From an uncultured Alphaproteobacteria bacterium (lineage in GTDB: Bacteria > Pseudomonadota > Alphaproteobacteria > Micropepsales > Micropepsaceae): a stretch of DNA of 32,000 bases. The DNA is taken from contig CAVVEG010000018.1 of the NCBI GenBank assembly GCA_963747255.1, positions 1 to 32,000 on the forward strand. Direction: 5' to 3'. Positions 23,907-32,000 of the stretch are shown here, in pieces. The position numbers and the translations under genes were made by a program. The notes beneath the pieces are model-generated. The model was given only the letters and a program-made list of their open reading frames with translations. It was not told the DNA's origin and made no database searches. How positions within the stretch are numbered: position 1 is the stretch's first letter; each line of letters begins with the position of its first letter.

Positions 23907-26166
23907 ATTCGGACGCTCCGTTCCACGTCTCGAGGCGCGGGCAAAGGTCACCGGGCGGGCGGAATATGTGCACAATATGCGCCTGCCGGGGATGCTTTAC
24001 GGGAAAATTTTTCGCAGCACCGTCGCGCATGGAAAGCTGCGCCGGCTGGACGTCGGCGCGGCGCGCGAAATGGAAGGTGTCCATGCGGTCGTCACCGGGC
24101 AGGATATCCGGGCCGTGATTCCGCAGCCGTGGTTCGGCCCGGCGTTCCACGATCAGCCGATTCTTGCATTGGAGAAGGTACATTTCGTCGGAGAGCCAGT
24201 AGCGGTGGTTCTGGCCACCGATCCGCATATTGCGGAGCACGCTTTGCAGGCGATCGATGCGGATTATGACGAGCTGCCGGCCGTGTTTGATGAGGTTGAG
24301 GCGGCACGATCCGAAATTGTTGTGCACGAGACTCTGAAGCCTGCGGGCACGTTTGCCGACCTGAAGCATCTGGCCGGTCGCCGGAACACCAATGTGACGC
24401 TGGACTATCGGTTACGCCGGGGCGATGTGGAAAAGGGCTTCGCCGCTTCGGACCAGGTGTTCGAACACGTCTTCCGCACGCAGCAGGTGCTGCACGTTCC
24501 GCTGGAATCGCATGCCTCCATTGCCGAACCGGGCGATCAATCCCTGGTCATCCATACGTCCACGCAGACACCATCCTTCGTGCGGACGGAAGTCGCCCGC
24601 CTGCTTGGCTGGCCGGAGAACCGCGTCAGCGTGCGGGTGCCCTTTCTGGGCGGCGGATTTGGCGCCAAAGTTTATGTGAAGCTGGAGGCCCTGGTCGCGG
24701 CGCTCGCCCTGATCGTGCGGCGGCCGGTGAAGATCGCGCTGACCATGGAAGAGCAGTTCTATACGATCAGCAAACACGCAACGACATTCCGTATAAAGAG
24801 CGGTGTCCGGGATGGGCGGGTGATCGCGCGCTCCTGCGAGGTGTGGTGGAACGGCGGCGCCTATGCCGATATCGGTCCGCGGGTGGCGCAGAAGACCGGG
24901 TTCACCGCGGCCGGGCCCTATGACATCGAAAATGTCAGCATCGTTTCGACCGAGGTCTATACCAACCGCCCGCCGGCCGGCGCGCTGCGCGGCTTCGGCG
25001 TGCCGCAACTCGTCTGGGCCTATGAGTGCCACACGGACCTGATTGCGCGGGAAATGGGAATTGACCCGATCGAATTCCGCCGCAGGAACATCCTGCGCGA
25101 CGGACGCCCGCATGCAACCGGCACGATCATGAAAAATGCGGCGATCGACAGGGTTCTCGACCGCATCGCGGAGCGGATGAACTGGAATGCGCCGTTCGAC
25201 CGCGGGACCGGGCGGTTGCGACGCGGCAGGGGGATCGGGATTGGTCTCAAGGCTTCGATCTCCCCAACCACTTCGGGAGCCATCGTCAATATCGCGGCCG
25301 ACGGCAGCATTGTTCTGTATACAAACACGATCGACATGGGGCAGGGTTCGGATACGGCGATGGCGCAGATCGCGGCGGAAGTCCTGAATGTCGCCACGGA
25401 GTCGGTGAAAGTGGTGCACGGAAACACGGATGTCGCGCCGTATGACATGGGCACGCTGGGATCGCGTTCAACATTTCACATGGGAAATGCCGTGCGCAAG
25501 GCGGCGGAAGATGCGCGCGACAAACTGGTGGTTCTGGCTGCCGAAGCCGGTCTGCCCACCGGCACCAATTACGATGTGCGCGAAGTTTTCCGGAAACGTT
25601 ACGGCATGCAGGCGGGTAACGTGATCGGAACGGGCATCTTCGTTCCGGCGTACACACCGCCCGATCCGGCCACCGGGCAGTCGCCGGATGTGACCCCGTT
25701 CTGGATGACCGGGGGCACCGGCGCCGAGGTTGAAGTCGATACCGAAACGGGCCATGTGCGGGTTATCCGATTGGTGAATGTCGCCGATGCAGGAAAGCCG
25801 GTGAATCCGAAAATCTGCCGGACCCAGATTTCCGGCGGGGCGATCATGCAACTGGGATTCACGCTGTTCGAGGACATGGTTTTTGACGGCGGACAGGTGA
25901 CCAACGCCTCTTTCGCCGATTACAAGATTCCGGGCTTTCGGGATGTCCCGATCATGGAATCCGATGTCGTGAATGCATCGCAGGAAACGGGCCCGTTTGG
26001 GGCCAAGGGTGTCGGCGAGACTTCTACATTCGGCGTGTCGCCTGCAATCGCCAATGCCATTCACGATGCGGTTGGCATTCGGATGATGGAGCTGCCCATC
26101 AAAGCGGAAGCGCTGCTTCGCGCGATCCGCGCCGCGGAAGGGCGGCCGATCGGTGATGAAGAATGA
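23902..26166 (+). CDS. Molybdenum hydroxylase molybdopterin-binding large subunit (xanthine dehydrogenase/aldehyde oxidase family)
   Basis: In frame within ORF 23746..26166. GTG 23902 overlaps the upstream stop by 5 nt. Blocks: GRSVPRLEARAKVTGRAEY, LYGKIFRSTVAHG, VPFLGGGFGAKV, PAGALRGFGVPQ, GQGSDTAMAQIAAEVL, GAKGVGETSTFGVSPAIANAIHDA. The CODH active-site loop (AYRCSFR or AYRGAGR) is absent. Confidence 0.92.
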   Translation, partial: AEFGRSVPRLEARAKVTGRAEYVHNMRLPGMLYGKIFRSTVAHGKLRRLDVGAAREMEGVHAVVTGQDIRAVIPQPWFGPAFHDQPILALEKVHFVGEPVAVVLATDPHIAEHALQAIDADYDELPAVFDEVEAARSEIVVHETLKPAGTFADLKHLAGRRNTNVTLDYRLRRGDVEKGFAASDQVFEHVFRTQQVLHVPLESHASIAEPGDQSLVIHTSTQTPSFVRTEVARLLGWPENRVSVRVPFLGGGFGAKVYVKLEALVAALALIVRRPVKIALTMEEQFYTISKHATTFRIKSGVRDGRVIARSCEVWWNGGAYADIGPRVAQKTGFTAAGPYDIENVSIVSTEVYTNRPPAGALRGFGVPQLVWAYECHTDLIAREMGIDPIEFRRRNILRDGRPHATGTIMKNAAIDRVLDRIAERMNWNAPFDRGTGRLRRGRGIGIGLKASISPTTSGAIVNIAADGSIVLYTNTIDMGQGSDTAMAQIAAEVLNVATESVKVVHGNTDVAPYDMGTLGSRSTFHMGNAVRKAAEDARDKLVVLAAEAGLPTGTNYDVREVFRKRYGMQAGNVIGTGIFVPAYTPPDPATGQSPDVTPFWMTGGTGAEVEVDTETGHVRVIRLVNVADAGKPVNPKICRTQISGGAIMQLGFTLFEDMVFDGGQVTNASFADYKIPGFRDVPIMESDVVNASQETGPFGAKGVGETSTFGVSPAIANAIHDAVGIRMMELPIKAEALLRAIRAAEGRPIGDEE

Positions 26167-26642
26167 GTGCGGGCCGCGAGATCCGGTTCACTCTGAACGG
26201 GCAGGTGATCCGCACCAGCATCGAGCCGCACCGCAACCTCGTCGAATTGCTGCACGAGCTTGGCTTTTTCGGAGCGCGCGAGAGTTGCGGTCAGGGCTTG
26301 TGCGGATGCTGCACGGTGCTGGTGGATGGAATTGCAGTTTCCGGATGTCTGTTTCTCGCGGTTGCTGTCAACGGAAAGCACGTGACGACGGTGGAGCACC
26401 TTGACGCCGGCGGGACTCTGTCGCCGGTTCAGCAGGCGTTTATCGAAAGCGGGGCGTTTCAGTGCGGTTTCTGCACCCCCGGTTTCGTTCTGATGGCGGA
26501 GCAACTGCTGGCGCAAAATCCCGATCCCGATGAGGATGCAATCCGGCATTATCTCTCCGGGAATCTTTGCCGTTGTGCCGCCTATCCGGAGATCATTGAC
26601 GCGGTGAGGCTTGCCGTTCGTCTGAAGTCCGGTCGCCCCTAA
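26163..26642 (+). CDS. Molybdenum hydroxylase [2Fe-2S] small subunit (CoxS-like)
   Basis: 159 aa. Cluster motifs: ESCGQGLCGCCTVLVDG, FQCGFCTPGF, GNLCRCAAY. The start overlaps the upstream stop (ATGA, 26163-26166). Confidence 0.92.
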   Translation: MSAGREIRFTLNGQVIRTSIEPHRNLVELLHELGFFGARESCGQGLCGCCTVLVDGIAVSGCLFLAVAVNGKHVTTVEHLDAGGTLSPVQQAFIESGAFQCGFCTPGFVLMAEQLLAQNPDPDEDAIRHYLSGNLCRCAAYPEIIDAVRLAVRLKSGRP

Positions 26643-26660
26643 GCTCAGGTGCGGGGTCTC

Positions 26661-26698
26661 GGCCGGGAGGCCCGGCCTGATCGCGCATGACTTTTTTT
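26661..26698 (+). terminator. Possible terminator after the hydroxylase operon
   Basis: GGCCGGG-agg-CCCGGCC hairpin (26661-26677) lies 19 nt after the stop. A T7 run is at 26692-26698, but it is 14 nt from the stem, so this is not a textbook intrinsic terminator. Confidence 0.35.
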
Positions 26699-26774
26699 CC
26701 TCCGGGTGTGAGGCCGAAGGCGCTGGTGTAGTGTCCATCGGTGACTGCGCCGATATAATGCGCGTGGAGGGTGC

Positions 26775-28304
26775 ATGACCGGATTCCTTTGGCGCGCGAC
26801 GGTGACGGTTCACCGGTATCTTGGCGTGTTGGTGGGCGCGCTGATGCTGATGTGGTTCGCTTCCGGCATCGTCATGATCTATGTGCCGTATCCGCAACTT
26901 TCGCCGGGCGAGCATTTCAAAATCCTATCACCGATCCCGCGGTCCGCATGCTGTGCAGCGGGTGGCGTAAGGCTTGCTGACGATGAACGCGTTCTATCGG
27001 TTCAAATCGAAGCGTTGCTGAACAAGTCGATTGTCCGCATCCGGCCGGATGGACGCCCGCCGATATCTGGTGCGTTGCCGGACGGCGCGCCTGTTCTCAT
27101 CGACGCAGCCAAAGCGCGTGAAATTGCTCTTGAATCCGCACCGCGTATTACCGGAGCGCCCGCCAGGATCCGATCGGGCGATGTGATCGACCGCGACCAG
27201 TGGACGGTTGGTGAAGATTATGACTCCGGCCGGCCGCTCTACCGGTTCTCCTTTGACGATGATCGAGGTACGCAGGTTTACGTTTCCGGTCATTCCGGCG
27301 CGATCATGCTTTGGACCACGCGCGCCGAACGTTTCTGGAATTGGGTGGGCGCCGTTCCGCACTGGCTCTATTTCACCCAATTGCGCAGTAATGGGCCGCT
27401 CTGGTCCAGGATCGTGATCTGGACTTCGATTGCCGGCGGTTTTCTGACGGCTGTCGGACTTTATGTCGGCCTGATGCAATTTCGCCGTGGTCCCCGGTTT
27501 TCGCCCTATCGCGGCTGGACCCGTTGGCATCATCTCGCTGGCCTCATATTCGGCGTGCTGGCGCTGACCTGGGTGGCCAGCGGCACGATTTCCATGAACC
27601 CGTGGGGTTTTCTGGAAGGCGGCGGAGGCGGGGAGCGGACGTTCCTTGCGGGTGACGCTTTATCGTGGGGCGCGTATCGCGATTCACTGGCGCTGATCGG
27701 CAGCAGGACCGAACTGGCCGGAATGGTTGCTCTTGCGAGCGCTCCCGAGGCAGGAAAACTGTACTGGCTGGCGCGCTGGCCGGACGGGAGGACCATGCGG
27801 CTCGACAGCCGCGGTCAGCCGGCTCCGGTTCGCGCGGCAGATCTGTCGCTTGCAGCGGGGTTGCTCGCAAACGGGCGGCACATCGAATCGCAGGAACTGC
27901 TGCGCAGTGAGGATAGCTATTACTACGCTTCCGCCGGCGGCCGGATAACGTTGCCAGTGTACCGGGTCGTTCTGGCCGATGCGGCCCACACGCGTTACTA
28001 CCTCGATCCGCGCACGGGCGGACTTCTCGGCCGTGTCGATGCCGCGCGACGTGATTACCGCTGGCTGTTTGACGGCACGCATCGTCTCGATTTCTTTGCC
28101 TGGCTGCGGATGCGTCCATTGTGGGATTTCGTCATCGTTTCGTTGTTGCTGGGCGGAATCATTCTGACGGCAACCGGATGTTATCTCGCGATCGCAAGGA
28201 TCAGGCGCGATCTGGGCTCAATAGCAGCCTGTTTCAGAAGGAGCGGCACCGCCTCCGGCATGGCCGCTTCTGTCGCGCGGCTTACTCGGCCTGCTGGGGA
28301 GTAA
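26775..28304 (+). CDS. PepSY-associated TM-helix domain protein (PiuB-like membrane protein)
   Basis: 509 aa. GGAGGG lies 3 nt before the ATG. N-terminal block typical of the family: FLWRATVTVHRYLGVLVGALMLMWFASGIVMIY. Further blocks: WTRWHHLAGLIFGVLALTWVASG, THRLDFFAWL. There are several TM helices. Confidence 0.8.
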   Translation: MTGFLWRATVTVHRYLGVLVGALMLMWFASGIVMIYVPYPQLSPGEHFKILSPIPRSACCAAGGVRLADDERVLSVQIEALLNKSIVRIRPDGRPPISGALPDGAPVLIDAAKAREIALESAPRITGAPARIRSGDVIDRDQWTVGEDYDSGRPLYRFSFDDDRGTQVYVSGHSGAIMLWTTRAERFWNWVGAVPHWLYFTQLRSNGPLWSRIVIWTSIAGGFLTAVGLYVGLMQFRRGPRFSPYRGWTRWHHLAGLIFGVLALTWVASGTISMNPWGFLEGGGGGERTFLAGDALSWGAYRDSLALIGSRTELAGMVALASAPEAGKLYWLARWPDGRTMRLDSRGQPAPVRAADLSLAAGLLANGRHIESQELLRSEDSYYYASAGGRITLPVYRVVLADAAHTRYYLDPRTGGLLGRVDAARRDYRWLFDGTHRLDFFAWLRMRPLWDFVIVSLLLGGIILTATGCYLAIARIRRDLGSIAACFRRSGTASGMAASVARLTRPAGE

Positions 28305-29871
28305 GCACTCCGACCGTATGTTGCGGTTCGTCGCCCTGGGTGCCGAGGTGAACGCCTTTGCGCTCGGCTCCAAATGCCACCAGCAGCGCAATCGCAATCG
28401 CTGCGCCGGCCGCTATCATGGCCAGTGCGGTCCCGTAATCGTTACCATGCGCGACGGCATAGCCCGATTGCAGCGTCGCGTTCACCGAAGCGAGGAGATT
28501 TCCAAGCTGGTATACAAACCCCGGGAATGTTCCCCGCATCTCGGGCGGTGACAATTCGTTCAGATGCACGGGCACGACCCCCCAGGCGCTCTGCACCATG
28601 AACTGCATCAGGAACGACCCCACTGCGAACCAGAGTGGGCTTCCCGCGAATACCCATAGCGGGATGATCGGAATCGAGAGCAGCGACGAAATCAGAATCG
28701 CGCGGCGGCGGCCGATGCGCTCGGACAAAGAACCGAAAAACAGGCTGCCGAGTATCGCGCCGATATTATAGACGACGGCAAGTGTGCTGACGGTGGCGGG
28801 CGAGAAATGCTGCTGTACCTGCAGGAAGGTCGGATAGAGATCCTGGGTGCCGTGACTGAAGAAGTTGAACCCGGTCATCATGAGAACGGAATAGAGCCCG
28901 ATACGCCAATGCGTCTTGAGGAATACACCGGCGAGTACGGCGGCGGTGTTGTAGACAACCGCCATCAGCAGCGGGATTTCGGGAACGGCAAATGTGAAGA
29001 AGTCGATGAAGATCATTCCCAGGACGGCGAAGAACTCGATCCAGTGATCGGGGTAGCGCAGCGCAAGCCACAGACTTGAAGCAAGCGCGGCAATCAGACA
29101 AATGGCGGAGATCAGAGGCAGGGAAACAAAATTTGCCATTGCGGAAAAGCCGCCACCGCCTGTCGCGAAGGTTCCGGCCTGCGCGCCATACTCGAAAGCG
29201 AAAAAGGCGAGCAGGCCATAGATCACCAGCCGCCCATAGCCTGAAAGCGTGGCGAGCAAGTCATCACCCAAAGCCGGTTTTGGAGTCCAGGACGGCGACT
29301 CCCTGACGTTGCGGAGAATGAAGAACACCAGCGCCGCGGGCGCGATTCCGATCATGAACATGCCGCGCCAGCCTATCGCCTGATAAAGCAGGCCATAGAC
29401 CACGGACGCGACAAGATAGCCGCTCGGATATCCGGCCTGCAAAATCCCGGAAACCAGCCCGCGCGCTTTCGGCGGTATGGTTTCCATGGCCAGCGACGCG
29501 CCCACTCCCCATTCCCCTCCCATCGCGATGCCGAACAAAGCACGGAGGACCAGCAGCATGGTGAGATTGGTCGAAAAACCGGAGGCAAAGGCCAGCGACG
29601 AATACATCAGAATTACGGCCGCCAGAGTGGGGCGTCGCCCAAACCGGTCTGCGACCCGCCCGAAGATAAAAGCTCCGATCGGGCGCATTGCCAGCGTCAG
29701 CACCACCGCAACGGCAACCGCGGGAATTTGCGTTTTGAACTCCGCCGCGATGTCCCGGAAGACAAAGACCATCAGAAAGAAATCAAACGCGTCCAGCATC
29801 CAGCCGAGATAGGCGGCGGCAACGACGCTTTTCTGTTCCTTTGTCCAGCCTGACTGCGCTTCAATGGCCAT
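28282..29871 (-). CDS. MFS transporter, large 529-aa form (NanT/YjhB-like N-terminus, extra central helices)
   Basis: Blocks: AAAYLGWMLDAFDFFLMVFVF, GRVADRFGRRPTL, RALFGIAMGGEWG. A hydrophobic central insert is consistent with about 14 TM segments. The 3' end overlaps the convergent PepSY gene by 23 bp. Confidence 0.85.
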   Translation of the reverse strand: MAIEAQSGWTKEQKSVVAAAYLGWMLDAFDFFLMVFVFRDIAAEFKTQIPAVAVAVVLTLAMRPIGAFIFGRVADRFGRRPTLAAVILMYSSLAFASGFSTNLTMLLVLRALFGIAMGGEWGVGASLAMETIPPKARGLVSGILQAGYPSGYLVASVVYGLLYQAIGWRGMFMIGIAPAALVFFILRNVRESPSWTPKPALGDDLLATLSGYGRLVIYGLLAFFAFEYGAQAGTFATGGGGFSAMANFVSLPLISAICLIAALASSLWLALRYPDHWIEFFAVLGMIFIDFFTFAVPEIPLLMAVVYNTAAVLAGVFLKTHWRIGLYSVLMMTGFNFFSHGTQDLYPTFLQVQQHFSPATVSTLAVVYNIGAILGSLFFGSLSERIGRRRAILISSLLSIPIIPLWVFAGSPLWFAVGSFLMQFMVQSAWGVVPVHLNELSPPEMRGTFPGFVYQLGNLLASVNATLQSGYAVAHGNDYGTALAMIAAGAAIAIALLVAFGAERKGVHLGTQGDEPQHTVGVLTPQQAE

Positions 29872-29927
29872 GCAAATTTCCTCCCGGCCGCATTGTTAGT
29901 TCGGATCGGACGGCGATGAAACCGCGA

Positions 29928-30740
29928 TCAGCTCAGGTTTTTGGGATTCAGTGCATCGAGCATCGCCGTGGGAAGCAGGATCGTGGCGCCGCGTTCCTTT
30001 GTGGTCTCATAAATGATGTTCATGGCGCGAAGCTGGAGCGCTGCGGGATGGCCGGCATAGGTGTTGGCCGCGTCCACGAATTTGGCAGCAATTTCGGCTT
30101 CCGCCGAACCGAGTATGACGCGCGCCTGCTTTTCGCGTTCGGCCTGTGCCTGGCGGGACATCGCGTCCTGCAGCGCCTCCGGAATGGCTACATCGCGTAT
30201 TTCGACGGACAGGACGGAAATACCCCATTGCCCGGTTTTGCTGCCGATGACGTCGCGCAATTGCGCGTCTGCGGACTGGCGTTCAGACAGAAGGGTGGCA
30301 AGATGCGATGAGCCGATCGTCTCACGCAAGGAGCTTTGCGCGACGCGCTCAATCGCCTGGCGGTAATTGGTAATGGCAAGAGCGGCGCGCTCGGAATTTT
30401 CCACCCGCCAGAAGATGATTGCATCCACGTTCACGGGGACGGTGTCTCTGGTGAGCGCCTGCTCGGCGTTGAACGCAGTGGTTTGAATGCGCTCGTCGAT
30501 GACCACCGCAATACTGTCCAGAATCGGCACGATCGCGAACAGACCTGGACCCCTGACACTGTTCAGCCGGCCGGCGCGCAGAATTACGTATTTCTCCCAC
30601 TGGTTGGCCATTTTGATCGAAAAGAAGATCAACGCGGCGATTATGAACAGAGCGACGGCGATTTCTGTTTGGCCGATGTTGACAAAAAATGCACCGGCAA
30701 GTCCAAACAGGATGGTTAGGAAGAGAGTAATCGGATTCAT
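29928..30740 (-). CDS. SPFH/Band-7 (stomatin-like, slipin) family protein
   Basis: 270 aa. Blocks: WEKYVILRAGRL, GPGLFAIVPILD, VIDERIQT, TRDTVPVNVDAIIFWRV, LRETIGS, WGISVLSVEIRDVAIPEALQDAMSRQAQAEREKQARVILG. Confidence 0.9.
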   Translation of the reverse strand: MNPITLFLTILFGLAGAFFVNIGQTEIAVALFIIAALIFFSIKMANQWEKYVILRAGRLNSVRGPGLFAIVPILDSIAVVIDERIQTTAFNAEQALTRDTVPVNVDAIIFWRVENSERAALAITNYRQAIERVAQSSLRETIGSSHLATLLSERQSADAQLRDVIGSKTGQWGISVLSVEIRDVAIPEALQDAMSRQAQAEREKQARVILGSAEAEIAAKFVDAANTYAGHPAALQLRAMNIIYETTKERGATILLPTAMLDALNPKNLS

Positions 30741-30845
30741 ATCGTCCGCCCCGAAAAACGCAGATTAAGCCATAAATCATGTCTGTTGGCGAATTGCCCC
30801 GCTTGCCGCTTCTGGAACCGGCCGGCGTCGTCTAAGGTTTCGGGA

Positions 30846-32000
30846 ATGGCTGGCAATGTGATGGCATTTTCTTCTCGCGCGCGGTTGATTTTCTGTGCAC
30901 TTCTTCTGACCGCAACGCAGGCAGTTGCGGATTCGCATCCCTGCGATGCTGCGCCCGCGGCAACACCAACGAGAATAGCAATGTGGGACCTTTCCGATCT
31001 GTACCAATCGCCGGAAACCTGGGTGGACGAATATGCGCGGGTCAAAAGCGAGGTCCAGCAACTGGAGAATTACCGGGGCACATTGGGTTCCAGTTCGGCA
31101 GCCATGTGGAACGCGTTGAGCGCGATTTCGGCTGCGAACAGGGATGCCGGGCGGTTGTTCACCTATGCCAGCCTCAAGGCCGATGAAGATTTGAGCAATT
31201 CGGCCAACCAGGAGGGCAAGCAGCAGGCCGGCGCGCTGATGACCATGATCGGCGAGACAACCGCCTGGCTATCGCCGGAAATACTGTCGATTGGTGAAGA
31301 GCGGGTGCGCGCATTCCTGGGCGAGAACAGGGAACTTGCGGCGCATGAGGATTTTTTCCTGAAAAACGTGCTGCGCGCTGCGCCACACACGCTGGGGGTG
31401 GAGGCCGAATCGGTTCTGGCTTCGGCCGGAGACGTTCTTCAGCAGCCGGACTATGTTTATGGCCAACTGGCCAATTCCGATCTGCCCTATCCAACCGTCA
31501 CGCTGTCGGACGGAACAAATGTAAGGCTGGATCAGCCTGCGTATGAGAAATACCGGCAGTCGCCAAACCGTGCCGACCGCAAGCTGGTCTTCGACGCCTT
31601 CTGGGGCGCGTGGAAGCAGTATGAGAGCACGGAAGGCGCGGTTCTCACCGGGAAGATCATGGGAAATGTTTTTGTCGCCAAAGCCCGCAAATTTCCTGGC
31701 GCGCTGGCCGCAGCACTGTTCCCCGACCGCATGCCCGAACAGGTTTATCGCACGCTTGTTGCGCAGGCTGTCGAAGGACTGCCAACGCTGCACCGCTATC
31801 TGAAAATGCGCAAGCGGCTGCTCGGCATCGATGGAGCGCTGCAATATTACGATATTTATCCCAGCATGTTTCCGGTGAAGCATGCGCCCGAGTTCAACCT
31901 TGACCAGTCGGAGAATTTGACGCTACGGGCGGTCGCTCCATACGGAAGCGAATACAGCAATCTTCTGAAGCGCGGTTTTTCGGGCAAGTGGATGGATCCC
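30846..32000 (+). CDS. M3-family oligoendopeptidase (PepF-like), secreted; 5' partial, continues beyond the window
   Basis: Not in the ORF track because no stop is reached. My translation from ATG 30846 stays open for 385 codons to 32000. It begins with a signal peptide (MAGNVMAFSSRARLIFCALLLTATQAVA), then WDLSDLYQSPETW, LFTYASLKADEDL, LPYPTVTLSDG, YEKYRQSPNRADRKLVFDAFW, LHRYLKMRKRLLGI, which are PepF N-terminal-domain-like blocks. The HExxH motif would lie beyond the window. Confidence 0.75.
   Translation, partial: MAGNVMAFSSRARLIFCALLLTATQAVADSHPCDAAPAATPTRIAMWDLSDLYQSPETWVDEYARVKSEVQQLENYRGTLGSSSAAMWNALSAISAANRDAGRLFTYASLKADEDLSNSANQEGKQQAGALMTMIGETTAWLSPEILSIGEERVRAFLGENRELAAHEDFFLKNVLRAAPHTLGVEAESVLASAGDVLQQPDYVYGQLANSDLPYPTVTLSDGTNVRLDQPAYEKYRQSPNRADRKLVFDAFWGAWKQYESTEGAVLTGKIMGNVFVAKARKFPGALAAALFPDRMPEQVYRTLVAQAVEGLPTLHRYLKMRKRLLGIDGALQYYDIYPSMFPVKHAPEFNLDQSENLTLRAVAPYGSEYSNLLKRGFSGKWMDP

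Noticed and set aside
22588-26642. Calling the operon an aerobic carbon monoxide dehydrogenase (coxGMLS)
   Set aside because: The large subunit lacks the CODH active-site loop (AYRCSFR or AYRGAGR) and looks like a generic xanthine-dehydrogenase-family hydroxylase. The context (HpaB, flavin reductase, UbiD, MarR) points to organic substrate hydroxylation.
26754-26759. Consensus TATAAT hexamer 16 nt upstream of the PepSY start codon
   Set aside because: There is no convincing -35 element at 16-19 bp spacing. The implied leader would be only about 10 nt. This is insufficient to call a promoter.
30737-31045. 102-aa minus-strand ORF overlapping the SPFH start by 4 nt, considered as a possible NfeD partner
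   Set aside because: It has no NfeD-like TM/OB-fold features. It lies antisense to the signal-peptide region of the well-supported M3 peptidase gene.
1-32000. CRISPR arrays, rRNA genes, long tandem repeats, recognisable defence systems or toxin-antitoxin pairs
   Set aside because: I saw no regularly spaced direct repeats, no rRNA-like conserved blocks, and no ORFs with motifs of known defence, TA, integrase or phage structural families in any frame.

Overview
High-GC bacterial chromosomal segment. The gene content (DUF1194, PepSY-TM protein, long GreB, many MFS permeases, GC-rich intergenic hairpins) looks alphaproteobacterial or Rhizobiales-like, but that is inference only. I can support about 30 protein-coding genes, one tRNA-Gly(GCC), one ISAzo13-family insertion sequence, two decayed genes, and several repeats and palindromes. 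No rRNA and no CRISPR array. Layout: (1) 1-1.3 kb, an eroded di-haem cytochrome c peroxidase-family pseudogene. (2) 1.5-7.7 kb, housekeeping and accessory genes: a zinc-ribbon membrane protein plus a small Cys/His protein, greB, a PEBP-family protein, an MFS permease, and an unusual PstS-like/Pro-rich/TonB-C fusion protein. (3) 7.8-11.4 kb, a visibly more AT-rich, integrase-less island remnant abutting the 3' end of tRNA-Gly. It contains hypothetical genes, a duplicated ~65-bp leader element and an ISAzo13 element sitting between two open minus-strand reading frames. (4) 11.5-15.5 kb, ProX/YbaK-type deacylase, glutathione peroxidase, secreted MBL-fold hydrolase, DUF1194 protein and a frameshifted GlcG/DUF336 gene. 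(5) 15.5-26.6 kb, the most system-like content: a divergent cluster around a MarR gene. One arm is a translationally coupled MFS-UbiD decarboxylase-MFS operon. The other arm is marR, flavin reductase, HpaB-family oxygenase and CoxG plus a three-subunit molybdenum hydroxylase (FAD, MoCo, 2Fe-2S). I interpret it as a candidate uncharacterised (hetero)aromatic carboxylate catabolic module; the substrate is unknown. (6) 26.8-32 kb, PepSY-TM protein, large MFS permease, SPFH/stomatin-like protein, and the 5' part of a secreted M3 oligoendopeptidase that runs off the window end. Many long ORFs in the supplied track are antisense or out-of-frame shadows typical of GC-rich DNA and are rejected. All functional calls rest on my recognition of family motifs in the translations; no database search was run.
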